Origin: Sarea resinae
Taxonomy: Eukaryota
NCBI GenBank assembly: GCA_026026165.1
Contig: JAPEUD010000036.1
Coordinates: forward strand, 124,001-188,000
Length of the DNA stretch: 64,000 bases
Reading direction: 5' to 3'
Below, one piece after another: positions 1 to 13,958 of the stretch; position 1 is the stretch's first letter; each line of letters begins with the position of its first letter. The notes below the pieces were generated by a model. It worked only from the letters and a program-made list of their open reading frames with translations, had not been told where the DNA came from and did no database searches. The position numbers and the translations under genes were made by a program.

Positions 1-1473
1 CCGAATGCGTCACGGGCTTCGACAAGATGTCGTTCGTGCAAGGGAGCACAAGTGACGCTTTCAACATCTACCTCATCACCAATTTCTCGAACAGTTCCCT
101 GGAGCTCTTCGCCAAGCGCGATGACCCTGCCTGGAGTCCTCTAGAAAAACGCAAGACCTCCTCCTCAGCTGCGGCGCCAACCTCCCCCCAACCAATCTCG
201 TTTGGCGGCATCTCCGTCCCCAGCGGTGATGAGAATAGCGGGTATCTCGAACTGGTCGAGCAAATCGCATCGAACTTCAACCAGACGGTCGAGGAGTCGC
301 TATGGGCGACATATCCGAACCCGTTTCTGGACTATAGTAAGGCGATGAGCGGGGTGGAAGACTTGACGTTAGTGGACGGCAGCGAATCGGGGCAGACGAT
401 ACCGTTCTGGCCTCTGCTGCAGCCGGCGAGGAAAGTCGATTTCATCATCGCTTTCGACGGCAGTCAGGACGGCACGGACGGTTGGAACAATGGCACCAAT
501 CTTATTGGTATGTTCAAATGATGCCCCCTTGCACTCTGAACCTAGATCACAGAGTCCCCGTCCCTTTACCCACTCCCAATCTTTCCAATTCTTCAGTTTT
601 CCACCCACTAACAAGCAGGCCCCACCACGGGGGCTCCATTCCATAGACACATACCACACAGCCCTCTCAGCGGGTCTGCCGTTCCCAGCCATCCCCGACG
701 CGGCGACAATGGTGAATCTGCGCTTGAACCAGAACCCGACGTTCTTCGGATGCCCCGCACCGTACAGCCCGTCGTCGTCGTCCAACTCGACGTCGGCTTT
801 CAACTCGACCGGTGGAAAGACGAATGATACGGCACCGCTGGTGCTGTATCTCAGCAATGCGCCCTGGACCGCATTCACGAATTATAGCTATACAACCGCC
901 AAGTACGTGTCTTCCCCCTTTATTCCTTCTCTCCTCCTTTTCTGTCCCTTGCCAATCTTCCCTCTTCCCCTTCCCTCTTCCCCCATCGCCTTCTCCCCCA
1001 TCGCCTTCTCCCCGGCCCCTCAAAATCAAACTCCCTCACCGCCCACCTCCCCAACCTAATCCAACCCAACCCAATCCACCCCCACCCTCTCCCCACTATT
1101 CCCCACGTCCATCCATCCTGCCTAACATATGCCCCCCTACCTTCACAGTTTCACCCCCTCGAAAATATCCTCGATCCTACAAAACGACTTCTCCATCGCC
1201 ACCTTTGGCAACGGCACCACCCTCAACACCACCACCTCCTCCAACACCTCCTCTTCGTCAAACACCACCACCACCCCGAACTGGCCCACCTGCCTCGCCT
1301 GCGCCACCATCGCCAAATCCCTCGTCCGGCTCACCATCCCGCTGCCCGCCGCGTGCGAAGCCTGTTTTGCCGCGCATTGCTGGAACGGCACCGTGGTGTC
1401 GACGCCGGCCAGGCCGGTGTATGCGCCGTCTTTGATCTTGGGCGGGGATGGCGCTGGAGCGACGATTGTTTAG
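1..1473 (+). CDS. PLB1: Lysophospholipase / phospholipase B (PLA2c domain), 3' part; 5' end lies outside the window. Exons <1-507, 647-902, 1149-1473
   Basis: Motifs YPNPF, LTLVDGSESGQTIPFWPLLQPARKVDFIIAFD, WNNGTNLIDTY, PTFFGC, PLVLYLSNAPW, WPTCLACA..C..CF..HCWNG. Introns GTATGT(508)..TAG(646) and GTACGT(903)..CAG(1148) keep the frame. Confidence 0.92.
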
Positions 1474-1817
1474 GTTAGGGGGTTACTTGTATGCTTGTAT
1501 AGGTGTGGATGTGGATGTGGATGTGGATGTATGAAAAGTAGATAAGAGAATCATCAATCTCAATCCCAGTTGCTTGTACGCTAGGGCAGGGCAAGGGGGA
1601 GGGGGGGAAAAGACAAAGCAGCGGAAGGATAGATAGATCACATTCATTGTATACACAGCCCTGCTTTCTTCTCCTTCCTTCCATGTCTTTCTCCTTCTTC
1701 CAAGTGGCCAATAAAACACACGATTATCATACAAATCCACAATCGCTCCTCCCCGGGGCTCACCACTTCGCAAGTCCATCAATCCACTCACTACCCAAGC
1801 CCAACGACCAAGGGAAC

Positions 1818-3208
1818 CTAAGCAGCAGCGGCAGAAGCAGCAGCAGCATCGTCGCGGCCTGTAACAGGCAACTCCCTCCTCCGCAGCTCCTTCTCAATGA
1901 CCTTCCACCTGCCAACCGTCTTCTCGCGATCGATGGGCGTGACTCGGCGATCGAAGACCTTGACGTTCGGCAAGCTGGCCAGTCGGGCGTCGGTGGCGAG
2001 CGTCTCGGCCAGCTTGGCTGGCTTGGGCGCCGTGATGAGTGTGCGCAGGATGTGCTTGACCGTTGTCATGGAAGCGATGGCCGGGTCTGGGATCCGCTGC
2101 CCGGTGAGTTGCGCGGTGCGTTTCAGGACCTGCGGAAGGGCGGGCGCGTTAGTAGGGATTTCGAGGATGAAGGCGGTTGTGAAAGGGAGGAAGGGAAGAG
2201 GAGAGGGAAGGGGATGGAAGGGAGGGTCGGGACAAGACGTACGTGGAATTTGATATCGGGATTCTGCAGAGAGATGGAGAGCCACTTCTTGCCCCAGGAT
2301 TCGATCGCGGCCTGCAATTCTTTCGCAGATGGTGATGCCGGGAGTGAGAGCTCGGTTTGGGATTCCTCGGCTTCGGCTTCGGCTTCGACGACTTCTGCTA
2401 CTGGCGGGCTGGACACGGTCGATTGCAAGATGGCTTCTTTGACGCTCTCGGACGGGTAGGTCAGCGTTGCGCCTGTGCCGTCGGCCGAGGGCTCGATGGC
2501 CACTTTGTCGGTCTCGCTGATGACCTTGTCGTCGTGGGCGTTGGAGACGGATGAGAGGGGACGACCTGCGGCTTGCAGGGTGAAGACTTCGATGACGGCG
2601 CGATGCAGGGCGGCGGTTATTTCTTGGGGGGTGGAAAGCTTGGCCGGGGCCATGAAACTAAGAAGCAAAAGATTAGCTGGTGGAAGACGATGATGGTGAT
2701 GATGATGCCGTAGAGTGTATAGTACGCACCCATGAAACTGGTGTTCGGGGTCCCAATTATCCTTCCACCAGCCGCCGTATCCGCCCACCTGATCCAGATC
2801 ATCCCACGTCATGGCCTGCTGGTACTGGCCCATCTTTGCGGCGCCATCGTACGTGGGCGCCGTCGGTCTGGCCGTGGATTCGACATCCTGACCGACTTCG
2901 ACCTCATCTTCGCTCGCTTCCTGGCCTTTCCTCCACCGGCTCTCGATCAAGCCAGCCTGGCCATACGGATCTTCCTGGCCCGGAGGAGCGTCGGTACCCC
3001 AGATCTTCCGCCGAATTCGCTCGGTGAAGGGAGTCGAGCCTGAGCCTTGACGGGCTAGACCGGCATACGAGGTTGAGAAGGCTGCCCGTTGCTGGGACGG
3101 CTGTCGCCATCTACTGCATGTTGGGCAGATGGCGGGTGAGCGTGAGGTGAGCCTCTGGCTGTCGAGTATGAAGTCGATTGACTTTTCGAGTCGGGCTATT
3201 CTCCGCAT
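1818..3208 (-). CDS. MRPL13: Mitochondrial large-subunit ribosomal protein mL50. Exons 3208-2730, 2657-2243, 2129-1818
   Basis: Arg/Ser-rich presequence-like N-terminus; motifs RIRRKIWGTDAPPG.EDPY, TWDDLDQVG, W..ISL.NPDIKF.VLKR..QLTG.RIPD, LPNVKV..RRVTPIDREK.VGRWKVIE.EL. Two GT-AG introns join ORFs 2123..3217 and 1818..2285 in frame. Confidence 0.88.
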
Positions 3209-3808
3209 CGTGGGCAATGGGTTGTGGTATGGTGCTGTCGAGGTTCCTTCGATAATCTTTTGCGCTTGTAGTCTCGATTGTCAAGTCGAGGAAATATGGA
3301 TGACTAAGCAGTCCAAGTTTGACTACTGCAGTACTATACGCGATCCTATCCTGAGACTGTAATGCGATGTGGAACAACAAAGACGAAGAATGAGTCTCGT
3401 AAAGCATGTCAATTATCTGGGAGGCCGGCGGTATTGGCCGTCTTCTTGGAAATATGAACGATTGCCTGCTGCGGTATTGTGATAAGGAAATGGATTTCGA
3501 GATAAGAAAGACAGGAAAAGGAGATGGAGGGTTGCAATTTGTATGGCTAACTGTATGAGATGAGATGAAATTGTCATGTCATAGCTATTACTATTACTGA
3601 GATTGACGAGATACTCTCAGACCCGCTGGCCGTAAAACCGATTCGAATAAATGCTTAAATCCTTCCCAAGCGTACACAGCAAGACGGCGCCGCATACCCA
3701 GCTTTCAACAGCAAGAACGCCACGAGAAAACTTGACCATGCCGTCCCTTCCTTCCATACACCTAGTCCTCATACCTCCCAGTGGTGTTGGCCTTTCATAG
3801 TCTCCCCC

Positions 3809-5628
3809 TTAAGCATCGATCTCTCTCCCCGCGCCCTTCTTTCCCGAGCCCTCGCCGGCCAGATCCGCGCGATCTACCCAACCATCTCCTCTCAACATGC
3901 CCAGACTCTTCCTCAGAGCGCCCCCACTGACCGCCTTAGGATTGGCCTCATAAACAGCATTAATGACCGCCAGGCTCAGAACAAACAACCCAACATCTCC
4001 ATTGCGAATACCCTTCCACCACCCTCTCTTCACACCAACCTTCCACATCGAGTCCAAACTCGTACGAGCACTGTACAAGAAATTGCTTCTCCCTGATTTT
4101 CGTTCTAGAAAGGCCCAAAAGCCGGCCAAGAAGCCACCCAGGAAGAACCTTCGTGTGGGTAAGAAGCCGCGGGGCAGGAGGTGCTGGAAGAGGCAGATAG
4201 AACCCCAGGCGGTCCCGATGGCGCCGCTGGCAAACATGGTCATGCGGAGAATACTCTTGGCAAGCTTGTTGGTAGCTGCGACAGGGCTGGCAAGGAAGGC
4301 CTTATATCGTGGAATGCTCATTGCAGTGAAGATGAGGGCAAAGAATCGGGTCATGGGCGGGACGGCACGGATATGGTAGGTGATATAAGTGCGGAGGCAG
4401 GAAGTATCGGTGGGGTGGAGGAGGGCACACGATAGAGCTTTGATGCCTGGATGAGCAGGTTCGGTAACGGGAGCGATGGTGGTGAGAGACGAGGGGAGGG
4501 TCTCGGTGTTCGGGAAGAGGATTGGCGAGACGAACGGGCTGGAGCCTGTCAGTATTCTGTATTATCTTCTGATGATAGACCTACGGCCAATTGAGATGTG
4601 CCAATTCTGCAAGACTGTCAACGATTTCAAAAGTACCAGGCCACTGGAGATTCGGCGGGTAGTCCTCCGGCCGAGTTTGGATATAGTTCGGTGAGTGGTT
4701 CAGGATGAATTTCCCATAAGCCTGCCTCTGTCAGCAGAGGCTCTATCTGAAGAATGGGCCATATACTTGAGGGAAGCATTCGCGATCGAACACGAAAGCA
4801 TGGAGAAGCTGGCCGAACGCGACTGGCATCAAGAGCCAGCTTCCAAACCACTGTCCTCATCGTCAGCATGCTCTAAGCTCACCGAAGGTCCCGTTCTTCG
4901 GTAGACATACCCAGGGCCTATCTTTAAACCATCCCTCATCCTCGAGCGCATTGTACAAAAACTCCGCCGCTCGGCTGAAAGTATATATAGCCAGCGTAAC
5001 CCTCAGCTGATCCCCAGGACATACGCCGAGATAAAACCCAGCTAGACTCGCGCCGATCGCCGGCGCCAATCGCGACGTCAACACACGCGAGACGCGCGGA
5101 TTGCGTCGTCGAAAGGCCTGGGCATCCGATGTGAGGAGATTCTCGCGCAGCCGTATGAAGAAACGATGTAAGAGACGATGGAAAAGGAGGATCAAGGAAA
5201 GCGAGAGGGAGAGACGGATGTTGGGAGACCTGAAGATCGAGGTTTTAGGCTTGGACCTATTGATGGATTGACGTTAGAAGGTTTCCTTCTCGACTCTCAC
5301 GACTCGAGAATGACAGAACTGACTTTTGTATTTTGCCCCTATTTATGATTTTATTTGCGATCATCTCCCATATCTTCAGACCGGTCTGCGACGCCAAGAA
5401 TACTCTACCGGCTGCGCGCACGGCAGCTGCATTGTAATCGTCCTTGCTGCGCACGATGGCCTCGTAGCGGGCTGGAGGCGGCGATCTCTGCTTCACGGCT
5501 GGCGGGGCCCGAGAGATGAGATATTCGTGGAGCAATTTGTATTCTTTGGCACTGACTGTGTAGCGCAGGGCGTTGCGGAGGATAGGGTCGCATTTGGCGG
5601 GGTCAGACGAAGGCTTAGGAGACGTCAT
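3809..5628 (-). CDS. TMEM135-family (peroxisomal membrane-like) integral membrane protein. Exons 5628-5324, 5256-4911, 4850-4767, 4721-4585, 4538-3809
   Basis: Spliced frame reads DPILRNALRYTVSAKEY..., RPWWFGSWLLMP.AFGQLLHAFVFDRECFP, WPPFVSPILFP, LSCALLHP.D.SC, GAIGTAWGSICLFQ, KVGVKRGWWKGI.NGDV. Four canonical introns. Confidence 0.85.
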
Positions 5629-8036
5629 GATAGAATATTGATGTATTGTCTATTCGACCACAACTGTCTAATATATTGCGATTATCGTCTAGCTATCCAT
5701 AGACCAACATGGGTATCGCGAGGCTGATGCTGATGCCGATGTCGTTGTCATTGACGTGGTTGACGTTGATGTCGCTGCGATCATCTCAGCTCTGGTGATG
5801 GCTGGTGGCTCAGTGGGTGGCGGGCTTGTGGCTTGTGATTGATGGCCCGTCCGCCTCGGTTCCCCGGATTCACGCAGAGCTCCCATAGCTCCAACGCGCG
5901 CTTGGAAGTCAATCGCCAACAGGGTAAACTCCAACAACTTGATTCCTCATCACTGATTTCTATCTCACCGGCTGCACGTCTTTCGTGGGCAATGTTGAAG
6001 CTTTCACCACCCCGCCTCTAGATGATCATGTAAACATCAATTCGCATGGGATCAGTCGGTCCACGTGAACCTTCGATCCCGAACCGCCCTCAAGTTCGAT
6101 CTCACTCAACCCTACCGACCCACACGCATTCAAGACCCGCCGATGATGCATCAATAATTCATCGGAAGCGCGATGAGAAATCAGTATGTAATACAGCTCC
6201 AAAAAGTCGCCAACGAGGACAGCCGACGACGAGCCGCAGACCGCCCACAGCACTCGGCCGGCACCGCGTCGGCAATGCACGTACAACGCTCCTCGACGCC
6301 CACTGCCGCCGTCCGCGATCGCGATTCCCATGCTTTTAGTTCTTTGGTAAAGGTAGGTCTCCACACATGCATGGCATCGCATCAATCGCCGCGATGCTCG
6401 ATGGCGGTCGGCCTCGGCACTACGCGCCGTTAGTGAATCCAATGCTGGCGTACCTAGTGGCGCCATCCCCATCGCCATCGCACCTCGCCGACGTCGTGCC
6501 GTCGCAGACTTTAGCTGGGCTGAGCTGAGCCGTGCCGTGCCGTGTCTGACCCTTGTCCGAAAATGAAGAGAGAAAAAAAGAGATAAACAGGACCCCCCTA
6601 CACGACCCTGGACTTCTAACCCAAACTAGTGCAATGCAGCCGTGCCGTCCCTGAGCATGGCAGCCGGGTTTTGCTCTCGTTTCGCACCTACACATTCGCT
6701 CTAGTTTCCCAGGGCAGCAACACCTTGACTTCGCCTGGCAGTAAGGTTGGCTACTACGTCGTAGCTATTGTAGTTCGTGCAGTAGTGAAGAGTTCCCCCG
6801 GATCTGCATGGATTGACTTTTTCTGCTGTCTCCAACTTTCCTCGTGCTGCAGAGTCAGCTCTGCATTGCCTTGCATGCTCCTTTCGGAGATCAGAAGCCC
6901 TTTGAAGCTTTCCTCTCGGAAATCATCAGCGGAGTCAGCCGTCGATCGCCGTCACAATCGCAATAGCAATGAAAAAGAAAAACATTGTCTGATTTCGCAA
7001 GATTCCCCCATCGCCGTCTGATCCGGACCTCCTGAGACATTGAGTTGGAAAAGGCACATCCAGGGCGGACAAAGACACACAGCCTGCTTCAACAGAATGC
7101 CCTCCATAATCTCATCCACCCCTCTATCCCATTCACAAGTTCCCCCAATACCAAGCCTGCGCGCCCTCGGCCCCTTTCCCCTTCGGCGCCGAACAAACAC
7201 CGCGTCCGTACGGCGTACACACACAGCCAAGCATCTCGACCCGACACCGTATCCATAGAACAGCCAATCAACCAAGCCGACCGCAGACGAGCAAGCACGT
7301 TCAAAATACGTAAGCAGAAACGCAACCGCGCGGCACGGTTTTCCCTCCCCTGCCCCACCCTGCCCTCTCTTGTGCTGACTCACCCTCATTCGCTCATTCG
7401 CCCACCTGGACCCGAGAGACCTGAGAGCCGACCCGCTCGGCGGCCATTGATTACCCGTACCTTACCTTACCTCCAATCCTAAATCCAAACCCCGCCTGTC
7501 CTTTGCCCTACCGCGGCAGTGCGCAAGAGCAGAAGTTGCAGGAAAAAAACATCAAAACAAAACCCAAAAAAACCCCGACCGACCCCAAGCAGCGAGCAGT
7601 AGTAAGCCCCGAGAAAAACCATCTCCCTGCCCAATCTCAGCCCCCCGAATCTCAGCCCCCAAATCCCCAACCGAGCTTCTCCCCACCGTACCCAAAGCTC
7701 CTTGAGCCTGGCAGTCTGGGGCCTGGCGGCCTGACCGGCCTGGTATTCCCTACATACCTAGGCCTCCGACCGACCAACCGACCAAAGCAAGCTCCTCCTT
7801 TTCCTTGGCCGCAAGGGGCCCAGGGGCCAGAGGAAGGCAGGGCAGATCACCTCGTCATTTCGGGCTCGTTTCAATCCGTCCGCGCTCGTCGTACTGCTCT
7901 CGTTCTCCAGGGCCATCCTCATCTCCATCCCCATCACTGTTTCCCTTGTGGTGTGGAGAAAGGAGGGAGGGAGTGAAGACAGGCCTAGTATCCAGATCCT
8001 CTCCCTCCCCGCCCCGCGCCGTTCCGTCCCCCGCTG

Positions 8037-8068
<32 letters not shown>

Positions 8069-9259
8069 CTCGGTCGGACGGTCAGTCAGTCTCCTGTCTT
8101 GTCTACAGCAGTACAAAGGTATAGAGTCACGGATCTCGAAACAGCACCCTTATATTGATCCTTATCCTCCCCCCCCCCCCGTATCCTTACCCCTGAAACT
8201 ACACAAAGCCAGACCCCAATCCAAGAGCTAGCAACCCTCCCTCGCCCATCCCTGCATGCATTAGAAGCACTAAAAAGCGTGCATAAAAGCCAGTACTTCA
8301 GCAACAATACTCCGGAGTACTCTAGTACCATCGTAGATACTTGCACTCGTGCTCATGTACTACTACATCCTTAAGGTACCTAGGCACCTAGGTATGAATA
8401 TACCAAAGTATGCATGGATGGGATGCATCGATGCAATCTGCAATCCGCCCAATGCAAATGCAGACGCAGATGCAGGAACGTTGGATATGTAACAGACAGG
8501 GATGTTGGGGCCGTTGGATGCCATCGGAGCCGTTGGGGGACGGGGGTGGGACCGAGTGCGTGTTCAGAACTCTACAGGACTTTATCAGTTGAGAGGCGGG
8601 GAATCTTTTTTTTGGTGGGGGGCAGGATTAGCTACCTAAGTGGAAAGAGATGACCAAAATGACGAGAGCGGGAGAAAAATGCACTTTGTGGTTGATTGAT
8701 TGATTGATTGATTGATTGGGATGGTACCAAATATATTGAACAGATCGAGCAGATACCCAACCAAGGGTGATCTGTAGATTCAACGGAGCAGCGTACCCCC
8801 GGGAACGATACAGTAGAAAGAAACAATAGAAGAAACATCTATAGGAGGTGTTGCAAGCAGGTTTGCATGCTTCGGTCTCATCCGCGAAGAGAGAACTGAC
8901 GAGGCTGATATCAAGTATAAACCAAAAAAAAAAAAAAAACAAGCCGAGAAGGGTAGATGACCAGAGGGAGCATGAAGAAGAGCATAGCGGTAAGAAAGGA
9001 AATTATGAATGAGTCTTGTCTTGTCGGAGAGTCGGAAACAGTAGCAAGAAAGAAAAGCCGAAAAGCAAAAGCCCCATCCCACCCAGAAGAACGCCTTTTG
9101 TCTCGACCTCTCGACATAGATATCGACATAGTAAAAGATGATAGATATGGGAGTCACCCTCGTAAAGTACCTTATCGGCATAACCATGCTCTTTTTTTGC
9201 CCCTCGCTTTCCGCTTTGTAAAATGTGCCAAATCAAGAAAAAAAAAATAAGAGAACAGA

Positions 9260-11045
9260 TCATCGATACATATCGAACTCCTTTTCCTTCTCCACCGGTC
9301 TTTTACCCATTTTCCGGAGCACGACGCCCAGCCCCAGATCGACCTCGGACGCCCGATGCACGAAGAAGAGATGCAGCTTGCCGACGAAGCTGTTGAGCTT
9401 GTAGCTGGACACCTGCTTGGTGAGCTTCTTGGCGCGGTCACGCTTTCGCTCACCGCCGACGTTGTTTGACTTGGTGACCCACTCAAAGGCACGCGGCAAC
9501 ATAGAGGCTTCGTAGTCGGAGAGGACGGTGGCGACTTGATTGTTGGATGGAAGATTGGTCTGGCGAGCGAGGCTGGAGAGGAGGTTGCAGACTTCACCAG
9601 AGTCGTACATGGCCTGGTTGCCACCCATGGCTCTGCAACATGACGATTAGCGTGCGCTTGGGAGTGGATCAAGATCGAGGTCTTACCTGGTGGGAAGCAT
9701 GGGATGCATCGAGTCGCCAATGAACCAGATTCTGGGGTTTCCCTTCTTGTTGTCCTTGCGTGAAGAGGATCGAGCGACTTCTCGCCAGTTCGGGGCCGGC
9801 GATGTGCCGACGCGGCCATAGTATGTGTACAGTTCGTCCTTGGATACTGCTCGGATGATATCGTGGCTATCACGAATGTTAGAAACTTTCCATTTCGTCG
9901 ATGCTTGGGGAAAACCGACATTCTCTCGTCCCAATGAGCGATGAGACCGATAATCATCTCCACTGGGTCATCCACATCCAATCGGTCAGGAAGCTTATCA
10001 TGCGGAATGTTCATGTTCCACATTAGACTGGCGGCGGCCTCGTCGTAGTCGAAGTGTGATTCATGGCTGGAGAAAGAATCCGAGTCTCGAGATCTGATGG
10101 AGTCTAGCCTCGAGGCTGAACTGGAGGGCAGGTTTGGGAGCTCCCGATGGGCGTAGTCTGAAGAGTTGTCGAAGGTGGGCGAAAGATGAGGAGCCCTGGA
10201 GGATTGGGGGAATCGAGTAGACTGAGGGGAGTGGCCTGCTTGGGTAGAGCGTGGCGTGTGTGGCACCGACGGATGATGGGCTGGTTTCTTGCGATCTTTG
10301 TCGGGCAGATATGCAGAGGCGATGAAGATGATGCCATCGTCCTCGATGACGATGGGGCCGGCACGAAGCTGAGCCGGCAGTGTGCGGAGCATCACCGAGG
10401 AAAGTTGGCCCTTGGTCAGGAAGCCAACGCGCTCTCGTCGTTCGACGATGTTATTTGGCCCCGCTTCCGCGTTGATCTGTAGCAACAATTAATTTGAGGT
10501 CCCGAAGGTGTGATCCAATTGACCCTCACCCTTGAGCCGGAGCCGTCGGCGGCCACCATGATATCAGCATCAGAAAAGGTCCCGTCTTCGAAGTGGGCTC
10601 GGACTTTCTCCAAGCCAGGTCCATCTCCAGGGATGATCTGACAACGAACATACTTCTTCTCGTATCGGATGATATGCTTTTGTATCAGAGGTTCTGCCAG
10701 AGCATCACGCAGGACGACTCGGCTGATGGGAGCACTCCTCGAGTAAGGGGGGCTTCTGGTGAAGCCTCGGAGCGGCTGAAGATCGGTGCTGTAGAGGATG
10801 GGTGTGGTGTAGACCTGGGAACCACTTTTGCCAAACTTGCCGATGATCTCTCGACAGGTTTCTTCGTCGAGGCAAGTGTGCATGCCTTGAAGAGCCTGTG
10901 CCCCAAGCCGGATCTGATAGCCTTCACGCTTGGAGCGGACAACGTCTCTATCGTAGACCTCGACGTCGACACCATTCCTCACCAGGCCATTGGCAAGCAA
11001 CGACCCGGCCAGCCCACCACCGATGATGAGCACCTTGAAAGTCAT
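9260..11045 (-). CDS. FAD-dependent monooxygenase (group A flavoprotein aromatic hydroxylase), about 541 aa. Exons 11045-10530, 10476-9920, 9866-9687, 9632-9260
   Basis: KVLIIGGGLAG Rossmann motif, REGYQIRLG, DIMVAADGSGS (DG motif), IGDSMHPM.P.RAMGGNQAMYD (GD motif). Three introns give a 1626-nt open frame. Confidence 0.9.
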
Positions 11046-11896
11046 ATTGATAATGATGCTGCTGCTGCTGCTGCTGCTGCTGCTACTATTTTCCTTGCCG
11101 GGGGACCGTGGGGGAGATGGAGGGGGACCATGCGTGAGCAGGCCGCGGCATAACGGTTTAAGTAGAGACCCATCATGATCACTGTTATTGCGGGGGATAA
11201 TGATAAATTTTCGAGTCACGGCCCAAAGGCAGGCAGTCCCATTCCGACGGGATGAGCTCACCCCATATTGGCGTGATCATTCGAGATCGTCCACATGGAT
11301 GCCAGGAACGAAATCGACGGGACTTGAATGAAAAGAGATATTCGAAGAGAGGTCGAGAAATGCTCCGCACAAGGTCGAGGACGGCATGAACCCTGTAGCC
11401 TGTCTGGACGGGATGGACGGGGTCTGTTGGGGTGGTGTCTCTGCAAGGAGGTTAAAGCACGGAACAGTTGAGATTCTTTACAGGGAGCCCATGGCCTTGG
11501 CCCTTTACTCGTACTCTACTACGGAGAGTACTCTAGTACGAGGGCCCTGACAATAGCACGGAGCACGTAGGTTCCTGGAAGCAGTAGTGGAGGGCCTACT
11601 CCTCTTGCGGGCATGGTGAGGAGGGCCGTTTGAGAGATGCGAGAGAGGGCTGGAGGGGGTCCTGGATCTCAGAGGCATCACAAAATCCGAATCACAAAAC
11701 CACCCAAACCACCCAAACCCTCAAACCACCCAAACACCAAGCTGGAGATGCCCGCAGGTCCTGCTAGAGCAGCGGACCACTGCACTACGTAGACATCAGA
11801 CCAGACCCCGGCGGGGCCGGGCAAGGGTGGCACGCGAGCGAATGGGAAGATCAGGCAAGGCAATCCGGCCGGTCTCTTGCCTTCGGTTCTTGGTCC

Positions 11897-11932
11897 GGTA
11901 CGACGACGGTACGACGACGGTACGACGACGGT
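11897..11932. repeat. 11-bp tandem repeat (GGTACGACGAC)x3
   Basis: Read directly from the sequence. Confidence 0.85.
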
Positions 11933-13958
11933 TATGCATCGCCATCTGCTACTGCCGTAAGGGACCGTCTGCCACCGAACGCCACTGGTCGCCCCCGTAC
12001 GATGGGAGATGGAAGATACTACGTACGAAGTACTCACAGTCATACTAAGAACCTCGTGCTAAGGCATGCTAGACGGCGACCGTCAGGTACCGGACCCAAG
12101 GGACCTGGTCACTCCTTCAGTAAGGTACGGTAAGCATTTTAAAGCAGCTCTTAGGAGAACCTGGGAAGTCTTTTCTGTCTTTTCTGTCCGTCCTCGCGTC
12201 TTCTCGGCCCATGGATGGCATGCCACGCCGTGCCATGCTCTGCCTTGCCATGGCACACACGGCGTGAGACGTGGAGACCACCATTCAGGCAAGCCACGGG
12301 GCCGTCCCCCGTGTAACCAATAATGTAATTCGACGGCACGCCATTGCTGTCATTTGCCAATTCCTTATTCTCTTGGTTCGGAGCCCGCCGCATCACCGAG
12401 AAGAAAACGGTGAGCGGTTTGGGAAGGTATGGGATCCATCCAAGCCCTCTGTGTTTGATGGCTCTGTCCGGGCCGAGGCAGTCCGACTTCTGTGTCAGCT
12501 ATTTTGAGCCTCCGTCCGCTTTGCAATAATGCAGTGCAGTCACTTGGTCCTCTGTCTTCCAGACCCCTAATTCCCAGTACTGACTAGACCATCAACACTT
12601 GACCGACTATTACGCAGCCGTTATTACAGCAAAAGAAGAAAAAGAGATACTTGGACGACAGAGGCAGCGACGTCAACATGGCCGGTACCTGCCCCTAGCG
12701 ACTATCAGGTAAGTCGATGCAGCCTACGGGAATCTTAGCTGGCAGGGAGCCAAAAAGCAATTCTCCCCGGGACGTTGCAAATCAGGTGTCTCTGCCCCAG
12801 GGGAAGCTAGTTCAGTCAAGCAGGCCAGGGGCACCGCTCAGGACCTTACTCGCCGTGAGTCCACCGCCCCTCTCGCTGTGCTTCCCGAGATGATTTCCCC
12901 GAGAGTTCCGCTTTTCCCCCATAGAGATCACCGGCCATGGCGGGCCATCCATCACTGACCACCACCCCCCTTCGCCTTTCTTTCCGCTGGGCGCGCTTCC
13001 TCGGGGAACAAAGGAAATAAGCATTGTGCAACGGTACATTAGTGCGGTAGTGCGGTGCTGGCACGCAGGGTCTTGGCCCCTTCATGCATCGACCCATGGC
13101 AGCTGGAGGGCAGACTGCATTCCCTTTCACCGGTGCCCTCAGGGCTGTCAGCCTCGATCGATCGCTTAACCGGGTGTACCTGTCAGTCGAGCCGGAAGTC
13201 AAATCCCGAAATAACGGTTCATCTCGTTCGTCCCATCGTCGTCGTCTTACCCGTTCGGGGTTTGCATAACTCAATGGATGGAAGCCCAGCGTCATCATCG
13301 CCACAACACTTTTTCTTCGCGGGAACTTTTTCGCACCGCCGGCCCTACAGTGCAAAGTTCCTCCCGCCTCCTTCCCACCGCTCAGCAAGCAGCCAACTCC
13401 CCAACCACAACAAACAACAGCAGCCAACGTCCCTGTAGTGAGTAGGTCGGCAGACAAGGCCCCTTTGAGCCTCTCCAGAGAGCAAAGAGCTGTACTCTGG
13501 AGCATCCTCTACTCTAGCTGAAGTTGTACGCCCGCCCAGCTCTGGTGGTAGAGAGGGATGTGTAAGGTCATTCATGACGACGATCCCACCACTACCTACC
13601 TAGTAGGTAGGTAGGTACCGTCCTCGACCTCTCCAGCTACATAAGGTACCTAAGGTAGTAGCCACCTGCAGATACCCCCAAGAGTAAGAAAAAAAATACG
13701 TACTCCACCATGTTACTCATTACGCATCCATGGGCAGGGCGGCCGCGCGCTCATCTCCTCCATCTCGTACGAGCACCTATCGCTCGCTCCCTCTGTCTCT
13801 CCCTCCCTCTGTACTCTGTACGGAGTACTCTAAAGCACCTGCGTACTGCAGAGTACTTATGTAGTAATAGCCGCACAAGTTCCACCAGGACAAAAGGTTC
13901 TCGACCGTTCAGAGACCCATTGTTCAAAGGAACCGGTTCGAGGCGGACCCGTTCATTC

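Noticed and set aside
3590..3660. GGGTCTGAGA on the minus strand as a possible TPP riboswitch
   Set aside because: There is no downstream CTTGAT/GATAAT..GCG core, and it is not in a thiamine gene intron.
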